A stretch of DNA of 64,000 bases from Candidatus Ozemobacteraceae bacterium (lineage in GTDB: Bacteria > Muiribacteriota > Ozemobacteria > Ozemobacterales > Ozemobacteraceae), in NCBI GenBank assembly GCA_965140445.1, contig OZ223236.1:4384001-4448000 (forward strand). The letters are read 5' to 3'. The position numbers were made by a program, and so were the translations under genes. Below, piece after piece: positions 1 through 8,133 of this stretch. Each line of letters starts with the position of its first letter. Position 1 is the stretch's first letter. The notes under the pieces were generated by a model that was not told where the DNA came from, did no database searches, and saw only the letters and a program-made list of their open reading frames with translations.

Positions 1-98
1 AGTTCAGGAGCGAGATTCTGCTCAACGGATGCATAAAAAGCATCCATATCGATATGAAGAAATTTCTTCTGTTTTAGCTGAAGTTTTGGATTTTCCAT
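1..98 (-). CDS. dinB: DNA polymerase IV (DinB), 5' end only; runs off the window
   Basis: Not in the ORF track. Manual translation from ATG at 98 gives MENPKLQLKQKKFLHIDMDAFYASVEQNLAPE, containing the Y-family motif HIDMDAFYASVE. Confidence 0.9.
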   Translation of the reverse strand, partial: MENPKLQLKQKKFLHIDMDAFYASVEQNLAPE

Positions 99-105
99 TA
101 TTCAC

Positions 106-134
106 ATAATACAATCAGCTTTTCCAAGCTTCAA
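106..134 (-). promoter_or_regulatory. sigma70-type promoter for dinB
   Basis: TTGAAG (134-129), 17 nt, TATTAT (111-106). Confidence 0.55.
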
Positions 135-137
135 TTA

Positions 138-146
138 TGTTATAAT
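138..146 (+). promoter_or_regulatory. Extended -10 promoter for the creatininase gene
   Basis: TGtTATAAT about 40 nt upstream of AAGGAG-N6-ATG (189). Confidence 0.55.
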
Positions 147-188
147 CAAAACCCACATCTTCTCATTTTTTGTTGCAAGGAGACAAAT

Positions 189-956
189 ATGACAAAAAAT
201 ATAGCCCCAAAGTATCTTGAAAAAATGAATACCGTAGAGGTCGAAAGCTTCCTTGCTTCAGAAGGTCCACTTTTTATCCCTATTGGCACTTTAGAAGCGC
301 ATGGCCGGCACCTCCCAGTTGGAACCGACACAATCTGCGCAAACGGAATCTGTGAAGAGCTCAGCATGAGATTCAATGGGGCAATAGCTCCCGCTCTTGG
401 CTATGGAATAACAAATTCTCTAATTCAAACCAGCCCGGGATCATTTTTTGAATCAGATTTGTTTGAAAATTTTGTTCAAGCAATTGTGGATGGTTTTTAT
501 TTACAGGGCTTCCACAAGATAATTCTGGTTAATGGCCACGGTGGAAACTGCGAAGTTTTGAAAAAAATTATCAGAAATACCTCCAGAAGCAAATCAATTG
601 CTATCTCCGTGATTCACTGGTGGGTGCTTTCAGGGGACTTTGTTCCTCAGGTTTACTCAGACAAACCAGGTGGACATGCGGCTATTGAAGAAACTGCAGC
701 AATTCTTTATTTCGCCCCTGAACTGGTGAAAAAAGAAAATTTTGATTCTAAAACCGACTGCTACCAACCAAATGATGGAATATGGCTGTTTCCACCTCCA
801 GGAGAAGTTCTGCTGGATAATTACCATGAAGGCGAACCAAATTTTGACCAGAACAAAGCAAATGAATTTATGAAAACTGTTTTAAAAGACCTTGAAGACA
901 GACTTTCACGATGGCTAAACAGTATCCCGCGCCTGAAAGGTGGACTTAGACCATGA
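189..956 (+). CDS. Creatininase/mycofactocin MftE-family amidohydrolase
   Basis: Motifs PIGTLEAHGRHLPVGTD, NGHGGN and GHAAIEET; SD AAGGAG. Confidence 0.88.
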   Translation: MTKNIAPKYLEKMNTVEVESFLASEGPLFIPIGTLEAHGRHLPVGTDTICANGICEELSMRFNGAIAPALGYGITNSLIQTSPGSFFESDLFENFVQAIVDGFYLQGFHKIILVNGHGGNCEVLKKIIRNTSRSKSIAISVIHWWVLSGDFVPQVYSDKPGGHAAIEETAAILYFAPELVKKENFDSKTDCYQPNDGIWLFPPPGEVLLDNYHEGEPNFDQNKANEFMKTVLKDLEDRLSRWLNSIPRLKGGLRP

Positions 957-1201
957 CAGAAGTAGAAACCCCACTCTGGGTTACCTATGGAGCCGATATT
1001 TTCTTTCTCGTGCTCTTCCTTGTAGTATTCTTTTTTATGAAACCAGCACCTGATTCAGAAACAGAAGCCTCTTCTGATGGATCAGAAGAACCCAATCCAT
1101 TGGAAAAAATCCTGGTTACAGAAAATTCTTCCGACACAATTGCCGAAGAAGAAATTTCAAACCAGGAAGTTGGTGAGAATAGCATTGAAAACAAGAAGTA
1201 A
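953..1201 (+). CDS. Small single-pass membrane protein with acidic disordered tail
   Basis: ATGA overlap with the upstream gene; hydrophobic stretch IFFLVLFLVVFFFM followed by a Glu/Ser-rich tail. Confidence 0.6.
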   Translation: MTEVETPLWVTYGADIFFLVLFLVVFFFMKPAPDSETEASSDGSEEPNPLEKILVTENSSDTIAEEEISNQEVGENSIENKK

Positions 1202-1211
1202 GAAAAGTTGC

Positions 1212-1242
1212 AAAAAAAAATTCCCCGGTTGTTGCCAGGGAA
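1212..1242 (-). terminator. Rho-independent terminator (minus strand)
   Basis: RNA UUCCCUGG-caacaa-CCGGGGAA followed by U9. The G-U pair and U tract work only on the minus strand. Confidence 0.75.
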
Positions 1243-1427
1243 CTGGACCTTCGCAGCAATTCTATAAATTTATAACCAACCTTTTGAGACAGCGGAATCG
1301 AGTGCGGTTTTTTAACCTCTACGATAAGTTAGAATTGCTACTTCGGCCACTCAAGTCGCGTCAAGGGTTACCTTGCAAATTAAGTAGTATCCTGATCATT
1401 CCTTTCGTCCTGACTATTCAACTACGC
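1212..1427 (-). ncRNA. Candidate sigma54-dependent small RNA (~215 nt) of unknown family
   Basis: Bounded by a -24/-12 promoter and a terminator, with no long minus-strand ORF. Contains the 12-bp stem GUAGCAAUUCUA/UAGAAUUGCUGC with a GAA/GAA internal loop and three AGGA motifs in the 5' domain. Confidence 0.6.
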
Positions 1428-1548
1428 AATTAATAAAAGCAATTATGATGCCAACTAATTATTATTCTAGTGAATCCTCTTTAACAGAGACTTTTTTAAC
1501 AAATCATAGCTTAACCTGGCTTTTTAACAATGAGGTTAAAAAACCTCA
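1303..1548. repeat. 17-bp inverted repeat pair (1303-1319 and 1532-1548), each copy itself near-palindromic
   Basis: GAGGTTAAAAAACCGCA (- strand, 1319-1303) versus GAGGTTAAAAAACCTCA (+ strand, 1532-1548); 16/17 identical. Confidence 0.7.
1438..1454 (-). promoter_or_regulatory. sigma54 (-24/-12) promoter
   Basis: TTGGCATCATAATTGCT matches TGGCAC-N5-TTGC with exact GG-N10-GC spacing; predicted +1 near 1427 (G). Confidence 0.7.
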
Positions 1549-1573
1549 AACAATTTAAATGTGAGAAGATAAA

Positions 1574-2569
1574 ATGCTTAGACAGAATCCTATTACAAAA
1601 CAATGGGTGATTTTCGCTCCTGAAAGAGCAAAGCGGCCCGTTAAGTCCAAGGGCGACTGCCCGGATAATAAAGACAGCTCGAAAAACTGCCCTTTTTGCA
1701 AGGGCCCATCAATAGCCGAAAACGGCGTCTTCTTGTTAAAAGAAACAAAAGATGGGTGGTTTCAATTCGTTCTGGCAAACAAATACCCTGCGCTTCACCC
1801 TGAAAAAGAACCAAACAGATTCAGAACAGAAGCGGGCCTTGCCATAGATGGCTTTGGACTGGCTGAGGTGGTAGTTGAAACAAATCAGCATTTTTCACGG
1901 CTGGCAAACCGCCCCGACTCTGAGATTATTGAACTCTTCAAAACCTATAAAAGCCGCATGACAAAACTATTTGAAGACAAACGTGTAACCCAGGTAATTG
2001 TTTTTAAAAACTCAGGGCCAAGAGCTGGGGCAAGTCAACCGCACCCGCATTCACAGATTTATGCCCTTCCTATTGTTCCGGGTTATATAAGAACCGAAAC
2101 TGAGTGCTGCAGGCGTTTTTATGACGACGAAGGGCTGTGTCCAATTTGCCACACACTTGAAAAAGAGCAAAGAGTTGGCGAAAGGGTAATATTTGCGGAT
2201 GAGAACGTAATTGCTATTTGCCCTTTTGCGGCCCCAATACCATATTCCGTAAATATTTATCCACAAAAACATGTCACCAGCCTAATGCTAATTGAAGACC
2301 AAATTTTAGATTCTCTTGCTATTTGCACAAAACGAGTTTTAAAATCAATGGAAATTCTTTTAGGTGATTTTGACTACAATCTGGTATTTGACTCAGCTCC
2401 ACGCGATGATTGCGATGCGCCATTCTATCATCTTAGACTTAGAATTATACCCAGAATAACAACACCGGCAGGTTTTGAGATAGCGACAGAGATGAATGTG
2501 AATCCATTTCTTCCAGAGAAAACCGCCTTTGAAATAAAACAAGAAATGGAAAACTTGAAAGGTAAATGA
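1574..2569 (+). CDS. galT: Galactose-1-phosphate uridylyltransferase (GalT class I / NDP-sugar phosphorylase-like)
   Basis: RQNPITKQWVIFAPERAKRP N-terminus, CPFC Zn motif and GASQPHPHSQ catalytic HxHxQ. Confidence 0.85.
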   Translation: MLRQNPITKQWVIFAPERAKRPVKSKGDCPDNKDSSKNCPFCKGPSIAENGVFLLKETKDGWFQFVLANKYPALHPEKEPNRFRTEAGLAIDGFGLAEVVVETNQHFSRLANRPDSEIIELFKTYKSRMTKLFEDKRVTQVIVFKNSGPRAGASQPHPHSQIYALPIVPGYIRTETECCRRFYDDEGLCPICHTLEKEQRVGERVIFADENVIAICPFAAPIPYSVNIYPQKHVTSLMLIEDQILDSLAICTKRVLKSMEILLGDFDYNLVFDSAPRDDCDAPFYHLRLRIIPRITTPAGFEIATEMNVNPFLPEKTAFEIKQEMENLKGK

Positions 2570-4032
2570 TGAACCAGGAAAATCAAACTCAGATGGAACA
2601 AGCTAATGAAAAACCGACAGAAGCATTGAACTTTAATATTTTCTCTGAAAAATTGAGAAAGACAATAAAAACCAAGGGCTGGGACAAACCCATGCTCGTT
2701 CAGGCAAAAGTAGCCCCCTTAATGCTTGAAGGAAAAGACACCATTGTTCAGTCCAGAACTGGAAGTGGCAAAACAGCCGCCTTTCTTCTTCCCATAATAG
2801 AAAAACTCCAGGGCTGCCAGACGGGCTGTAAAGCTCTAATTTTAACTCCGACAAGGGAACTGGCCTCTCAGGTTTATAAAGAATTTGCCGAATTATCTGA
2901 AGGTCTTGACTTAATGGGAACCCCGATTTATGGAGGAACCTCTTACCGGCCTCAACTCGACGCTTTAAAAGCCGGAACCAACATTGTAATTGGAACACCT
3001 GGCCGAATTTTAGACCACCTTATTCGTGGCACTCTCCGACTGGACAATCTGAATTTTCTTGTTTTTGATGAAGCAGACGAACTGCTTTCCATGGGCTTTT
3101 TCAAAGACATGGTTAAAATTGGCGATTTCATAAGTAAAAAACCAGTAACAACAATGTTTTCAGCAACAATGCCTGACAGTGTAAGACGTCTGGCAGAAAC
3201 CTTCATGAAGAAGCCAGAATTTCTTGGACTATCAAAAGATGGTGTCCACGTTTCTGAGATGGATCATTTGTTCTACGTTGTTGACGCAATGTCAAAAGAT
3301 AGAATGATGATGAGAATTATCGAGATGGAAGATCCGGATAGTGCGATAATTTTCTGTAACACAAAATCAGAAGTAGAATATCTGGCTGCTTTGATGAAAA
3401 GGTTCGGCTATAACGCTGACCAGCTCAGTGGAGATTTAAATCAAAGAACTAGAGATTCTGTAATGACTAAGCTCCGCTCCGGAGAGTTAAGATTTCTTGT
3501 AGCTACAGATATTGCAGCTCGCGGAATAGATATAAGTAATCTTGAGTATGTGATTATTTATGACATGCACAAAGACTTCTCCCAATATGTCCATAGGGCA
3601 GGAAGAACGGCCAGAGCAGGAAAAAGAGGCGTTGCGATGAGCCTGGTGACAAGTCTGGAAGCGGTAGATTTAAAAAGATTCGCCAAAAGAAATGAAATCG
3701 AGCTAATCGAAAAAACTTTACCAACAGAAGAAAATGTTCAGACACGTCTTTCTGAAAAAATCCTCGCCCGCCTTGAAGCAGAACTAAGAGACGCTTCTTC
3801 TGCCCGCAAAGAAAGAATTTTACGTTACGATAAACTTCTGGAAGAAATCGAAAACCACGAAAATGGTAAGGACTTCATGAAAATGCTTTTGGATGGCTTT
3901 CACCAGGCTCTTATTCGAATGGGCAGGGGCACGCCGTCCCCCGTAAAAAAGGAAGCTCCGATCATTCCAAGTTCAAGCAGACGGCCATTTCATGGGCCAA
4001 AAAGAAGTTCCAATCGAGGTCCAAGAAAGTAA
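2566..4032 (+). CDS. DEAD-box RNA helicase
   Basis: SRTGSGKT, PTRELA, GTPGR, DEAD, SAT, ARGID and HRAGRTAR motifs. Confidence 0.95.
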   Translation: MMNQENQTQMEQANEKPTEALNFNIFSEKLRKTIKTKGWDKPMLVQAKVAPLMLEGKDTIVQSRTGSGKTAAFLLPIIEKLQGCQTGCKALILTPTRELASQVYKEFAELSEGLDLMGTPIYGGTSYRPQLDALKAGTNIVIGTPGRILDHLIRGTLRLDNLNFLVFDEADELLSMGFFKDMVKIGDFISKKPVTTMFSATMPDSVRRLAETFMKKPEFLGLSKDGVHVSEMDHLFYVVDAMSKDRMMMRIIEMEDPDSAIIFCNTKSEVEYLAALMKRFGYNADQLSGDLNQRTRDSVMTKLRSGELRFLVATDIAARGIDISNLEYVIIYDMHKDFSQYVHRAGRTARAGKRGVAMSLVTSLEAVDLKRFAKRNEIELIEKTLPTEENVQTRLSEKILARLEAELRDASSARKERILRYDKLLEEIENHENGKDFMKMLLDGFHQALIRMGRGTPSPVKKEAPIIPSSSRRPFHGPKRSSNRGPRK

Positions 4033-4155
4033 TCCTTTAAGGATTAGATAAAATTTATTTATCTATTGATACCTGGAAAAAAATATTGTATTTTTTTTCA
4101 TCATTTCTCGTTCTCACATACTTGTGATTACCAAATTTTGTAGGAGAAAAATCTT

Positions 4156-6111
4156 ATGGGTAAAGCAACCAAACACCAATTTAAAACTGAAGCAAAGCAA
4201 TTGCTGGACTTAATGATCCATTCTGTCTATTCCCACAAAGAAATCTTCCTTAGAGAATTGATTTCGAATGCCTCTGACGCACTGGATAAGCTCAGATTTG
4301 AGTCACTGACTAACGAAGATTTAAGAAAACTTACTGATGATCTTCACATCCGCATAAGCAAAGATGAAGATAAGCACACCTTAACCATTTCCGATAATGG
4401 GATAGGTATGAATGAAGAAGACATCAACAAATATATTGGAACCATAGCCAAATCTGGCACAGGCGATTTTGCATCTATGCTTAAGGCTGCAAAAGAGAAA
4501 AAAGATGCACTTCCAGAATTGATTGGACAATTTGGAGTTGGCTTCTATTCAAGCTTTATGGTTGCTGACAAGGTTGAACTTGTAAGTAGAAAAGCTGGAG
4601 AAGAAAAGGCCTGGAAATGGGTTTCTGAAGGCGAAGGTGAATATACCGTCGAAGAAACCACGGCTGAAAGAAACGGAACAACAATTACCCTTTTCCTGAA
4701 TGAAAAATCCGAAGATGACGAAGATTTTCAGGACTTTACAGCTGAATGGGTGATTAAGCAGGTCGTAAAAAAATACTCTGACTTTGTTTCTTATCCAATC
4801 AAAATGCAGATCGAGCGCACAAAAATTGAGCGTGACGAAGATGGAAAGCCAAAAGAAGGAGCTCAGGAAGAAACTATCGTTGAAGACGAAACTCTAAATT
4901 CAATGAAAGCTATCTGGCTCAAGGCTGAAAAAGATGTTACTGAAGAAGAATACAAAGAATTCTATAAGCACATAAGCCACGATTGGAATGACCCGCTGAA
5001 ATGGGTTGCCTATAGAGCGGAAGGTACTTCTAACAATTTTAAATCTTTACTTTATATTCCTGAAAAACCTGGTTTTGACATGTTCATGCCAAATTCAAAT
5101 CGCGGCATAAACCTTTATGTAAAACGTGTTTTCATCATGAACGACTGCGAAGAGTTGATTCCTGAATATCTTCGCTTCGTCAAAGGCGTTGTAGATTCAG
5201 AAGATCTTTCTTTGAATATCTCAAGAGAAATTCTTCAGCAGGACAGACAGATTCAGATTATCCGAAAAGCGGTAACCAAGAAGGTTCTCGACACTCTAAA
5301 AAAACTTATGTCTGATGACAGAGACAAATATTTGCAGTTCTGGAAAAACTTTGGCCTGGTTATAAAAGAAGGACTTTTCAAAGAACCACAGAATAAAGAC
5401 AAAATATTTGACTGCTCACTGTTTAGCTCATCAGCCTCTCCTTCTGATATGTTCACCATTTCAGAATACATTGAGAGAATGAAAGAAGGTCAGGATACCA
5501 TCTACTTTATCACAGGCGAATCCCGTGAAATCCTTGAAAACTCTCCACACCTTGAAGCTTTCAAAGAAAAAGGAATTGAAGTCCTCTATTTAACCGATCC
5601 AGTTGATGAAATCTGGGTTCAGTATTCGACAGAATATAAGGGTAAAAAACTCAAATCAGCAGCCAAAGGTGCTTTGGATTTGGGAACCGAAGAAGAACGC
5701 AAAAAAGAGGAAGAAAACCTTAAAGAAAAAGAAGACAAACTTAAATCTCTTCTTGAACAACTCAAGGGCAAGCTTGGCGAAACAGTAAAAGAAGTAAAGC
5801 TTTCAAGAAGACTTAGCAACTCAGCAGCCTGCCTTGTCGGAGAAGAAGGGGATATGAGTCCACATCTTGAAGCACTGTTAAAGGCCTCAGGAAAAGAGGT
5901 TCCATCAATTAAAAGAACTCTGGAACTTAATCCAGAACACCCTCTGATCGGTAAACTCCAAAGTATATTCGATAAAGATAAAAATGACTCTCGTATTGAA
6001 TCATACGCAGAGCTTCTTTATGGTCAAGCTCTAATAGCAGAGGGAGGTCAGCTTGCTGATCCTTCTTCTTTCAATAAAAAACTCACAGAATTAATGGTTA
6101 ACTCACTCTAG
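4156..6111 (+). CDS. htpG: Chaperone HtpG (Hsp90)
   Basis: YSHKEIFLRELISNASDA, IGQFGVGFYS and LNISREILQ motifs; SD AGGAG. Confidence 0.97.
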   Translation: MGKATKHQFKTEAKQLLDLMIHSVYSHKEIFLRELISNASDALDKLRFESLTNEDLRKLTDDLHIRISKDEDKHTLTISDNGIGMNEEDINKYIGTIAKSGTGDFASMLKAAKEKKDALPELIGQFGVGFYSSFMVADKVELVSRKAGEEKAWKWVSEGEGEYTVEETTAERNGTTITLFLNEKSEDDEDFQDFTAEWVIKQVVKKYSDFVSYPIKMQIERTKIERDEDGKPKEGAQEETIVEDETLNSMKAIWLKAEKDVTEEEYKEFYKHISHDWNDPLKWVAYRAEGTSNNFKSLLYIPEKPGFDMFMPNSNRGINLYVKRVFIMNDCEELIPEYLRFVKGVVDSEDLSLNISREILQQDRQIQIIRKAVTKKVLDTLKKLMSDDRDKYLQFWKNFGLVIKEGLFKEPQNKDKIFDCSLFSSSASPSDMFTISEYIERMKEGQDTIYFITGESREILENSPHLEAFKEKGIEVLYLTDPVDEIWVQYSTEYKGKKLKSAAKGALDLGTEEERKKEEENLKEKEDKLKSLLEQLKGKLGETVKEVKLSRRLSNSAACLVGEEGDMSPHLEALLKASGKEVPSIKRTLELNPEHPLIGKLQSIFDKDKNDSRIESYAELLYGQALIAEGGQLADPSSFNKKLTELMVNSL

Positions 6112-6122
6112 AAACGATAACA

Positions 6123-6141
6123 GCGCCCGCTACGCGGGCGC
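6123..6141 (+). terminator. GC-rich hairpin after htpG (weak terminator or stabiliser)
   Basis: GCGCCCGC-tac-GCGGGCGC with a poor U tract. Confidence 0.4.
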
Positions 6142-6164
6142 CCCTCTCTCTTTAAGGAATTAAT

Positions 6165-7286
6165 ATGAACGCAACCTCACCTTCGAAGGAATCACAGAAC
6201 TATCACGTCACACTCAAAGTTAAAGTAGAAGCCGAAATGCCAGAAGATGAAGGCGTATACATCACAGGAAATATTCCTGAATTAGGGGATTGGGATCCCG
6301 CTGGTGTTTGCCTGTCTCAAAACGAAAACCATGAATTCGAAATTGATTTTCCAATTTCAAAAGAGCAGATTATTGAATGTAAAATTACTCGCGGCTGTTG
6401 GAAAAGCCAGGGTATCTATGACAAAACAGATGTTCCCCCCAGCAATCTAATTATTAGAGCCAGAAAAGACAGGATAATTCCCATTAGAATTATTGACTGG
6501 CTGGACAAACAGATTATTCACTCTGATCCAATTAAGGGAAGAGTCATTACTCACAGCGACATTCCCTGCCCTGGATTAAAATACCCAAGAGATATTCAGG
6601 TATGGCTTCCTGACAACTACGATAAAACAGACGAACCATTTTCTGTTTTATATATGCACGATGGGCAAAATCTGTTTGAGCCTGCGAATTCTTTTGCAGG
6701 AGTTGATTGGAAAGTAGACGAAACGCTTACAGAACTGCTTGAAGCAGATAAAATTACCAATGTAATTGTAGTCGGAATTCCCAATTCCCCAGACAGGATG
6801 AGAGAATTAAATCTTCTTACCCCAGAAGGCAAAGCTTATGCAAAATATGTGGTTCAAAAGGTAAAACCCTTCATAGATGAACACTACAGAACTCTACCTT
6901 CTGCAGAACATACTTGTATCAGCGGTTCTTCAATGGGCGGCCTGATGTCTTTCCAGATGGCATGCAAATACCCTGAAGTATTCGGCCTTGCTGGTTGTTT
7001 TTCACCTGCCTTCCCAAAAACCTATGGAAAAATTTTCCAACAGGTTAAAAAGCCAGGATATGTTCCTGATCAGGTTAAATTCTATATTGATACCGGCGAA
7101 TTTGAGCCACCGATAGCAGAAACATACTTTCAAATGATGAAAAAATTAAAAGAACTTGGCTTAAAAGAGGGGCACAATCTTCTTGGTTATTACGATGCCG
7201 GCGCAACTCACTGTGAAGCAGCCTGGGCCAAAAGATTTCATATTCCAATGAAATTCCTTTTTGGAAAAAAGGGTAAACGCCTTTAA
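6165..7286 (+). CDS. CBM20 starch-binding domain fused to an alpha/beta-hydrolase esterase
   Basis: N-terminal VYITGNIPELGDWDP (CBM20-like); VLYMHDGQNLF; nucleophile elbow GSSMGG; C-terminal HCEAAW. Confidence 0.85.
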   Translation: MNATSPSKESQNYHVTLKVKVEAEMPEDEGVYITGNIPELGDWDPAGVCLSQNENHEFEIDFPISKEQIIECKITRGCWKSQGIYDKTDVPPSNLIIRARKDRIIPIRIIDWLDKQIIHSDPIKGRVITHSDIPCPGLKYPRDIQVWLPDNYDKTDEPFSVLYMHDGQNLFEPANSFAGVDWKVDETLTELLEADKITNVIVVGIPNSPDRMRELNLLTPEGKAYAKYVVQKVKPFIDEHYRTLPSAEHTCISGSSMGGLMSFQMACKYPEVFGLAGCFSPAFPKTYGKIFQQVKKPGYVPDQVKFYIDTGEFEPPIAETYFQMMKKLKELGLKEGHNLLGYYDAGATHCEAAWAKRFHIPMKFLFGKKGKRL

Positions 7287-7309
7287 TTCATTCATTAGTT
7301 AAGTAAGAC

Positions 7310-7346
7310 AAAAATCCTGTTTAATAAAAAATTAAACAGGATTTTT
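7310..7346 (+). terminator. Intrinsic terminator, 16-bp perfect stem
   Basis: AAAAATCCTGTTTAAT-aaaaa-ATTAAACAGGATTTTT. Confidence 0.7.
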
Positions 7347-7429
7347 ACTTTTCTTTTGATTTGACATTAATCAATTTACTATTAAATTAATACCATAGAT
7401 AAGATAATAATTTTTTAAGGAGAAACTAA

Positions 7430-8005
7430 ATGAAATCCCTGAAAATATTTTCAGTTTTATTAGTTCTATTTCTTTCGTCGGTAGTTGTATACGGAAGCTG
7501 TGGATCATGCGGGCCAGCTGATTCATGCCCGGATGGTTCCTGTGCAATAGAAGCAAAAGACCATGATCATGACCATGAAGGAAAAACAGAAGCAAAACAT
7601 GATCACAAAAAAGAAAAAGCAGATTGTTCAAGTTGTGAATCTCATAGCGACAAAAAGCCCGCAGTAGAAGAAAAACCTGCCACTATTAATACTCTTGGTT
7701 TAAAAACCCTTATCGACACTGGTGCCGCCTCAATTTTACTGGATGCCCGATCAGGAAAATTTGACGATGGTAAAAGAATACCCGGTGCAAAATCCTTAAA
7801 TGCTGATTCGAAACCTGAAGAAGTATTTAAAGTTCTACCTGATAAAGAAGCTTTGATCGTCACTTACTGCAGCAACTTAAAATGCCCTGCAAGTCACAAG
7901 CTTTATACTCACTTAAAGTCACTTGGTTACAAGAACCTAATTGAGTATCCAGAAGGAATTAAAGGCTGGATTGACGCAGGTTACACAGTTACGAACAGTA
8001 AATAA
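7430..8005 (+). CDS. Exported rhodanese-domain protein with Cys/His-rich N-terminal region
   Basis: Signal-like N-terminus; LLDAR, RIPGA, TYCSNLKC and YPEGIKGW rhodanese motifs; SD AAGGAG. Confidence 0.85.
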   Translation: MKSLKIFSVLLVLFLSSVVVYGSCGSCGPADSCPDGSCAIEAKDHDHDHEGKTEAKHDHKKEKADCSSCESHSDKKPAVEEKPATINTLGLKTLIDTGAASILLDARSGKFDDGKRIPGAKSLNADSKPEEVFKVLPDKEALIVTYCSNLKCPASHKLYTHLKSLGYKNLIEYPEGIKGWIDAGYTVTNSK

Positions 8006-8026
8006 AACATTCTGAAATTAGCGATT

Positions 8027-8053
8027 AAAGGCCACCTTCGGGTGGCCTTTTTT
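8027..8053 (+). terminator. Rho-independent terminator
   Basis: AAAGGCCACC-TTCG-GGTGGCCTTT followed by more Ts; UUCG tetraloop. Confidence 0.9.
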
Positions 8054-8075
8054 CATTTTACTTAAAAAAATGTGC

Positions 8076-8104
8076 TTTCAAAACAATCACTTTACGCCTA
8101 TAAT
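8076..8104 (+). promoter_or_regulatory. sigma70-type promoter
   Basis: TTTCAA, 17 nt, TATAAT upstream of GGAGG-TTG (8134). Confidence 0.5.
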
Positions 8105-8133
8105 AGCCTAATAAAAGACGGCGGAGGTACACT

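Noticed and set aside
1221..1400. 6S RNA on the + strand (TCAAGGGTTAC resembles a stretch of E. coli 6S as I recall it)
   Set aside because: The match is short. On the + strand the G-U pairs become A-C mismatches, there is no end-to-end closing stem, and the promoter and terminator point the other way. cmscan would settle it.
1212..1427. Riboswitch or retron msr-msd interpretation of the structured RNA
   Set aside because: No adjacent downstream minus-strand gene, no recognisable aptamer consensus, and no reverse transcriptase in the window.
1077..1433. 118-aa + strand ORF crossing the intergenic region
   Set aside because: It overlaps the 953-1201 gene out of frame, has no SD or recognisable motif, and runs antisense through the structured RNA and terminator.
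2257..2265. Perfect DnaA box TTATCCACA (also TTATTCACA at 63208-63216)
   Set aside because: Isolated sites, the perfect one inside galT; no cluster or unwinding element, so not oriC.
4033..4155. Heat-shock operator upstream of htpG
   Set aside because: No CIRCE or CtsR-type repeat seen; only a short TAATCCT/AGGATTA palindrome at the helicase stop.
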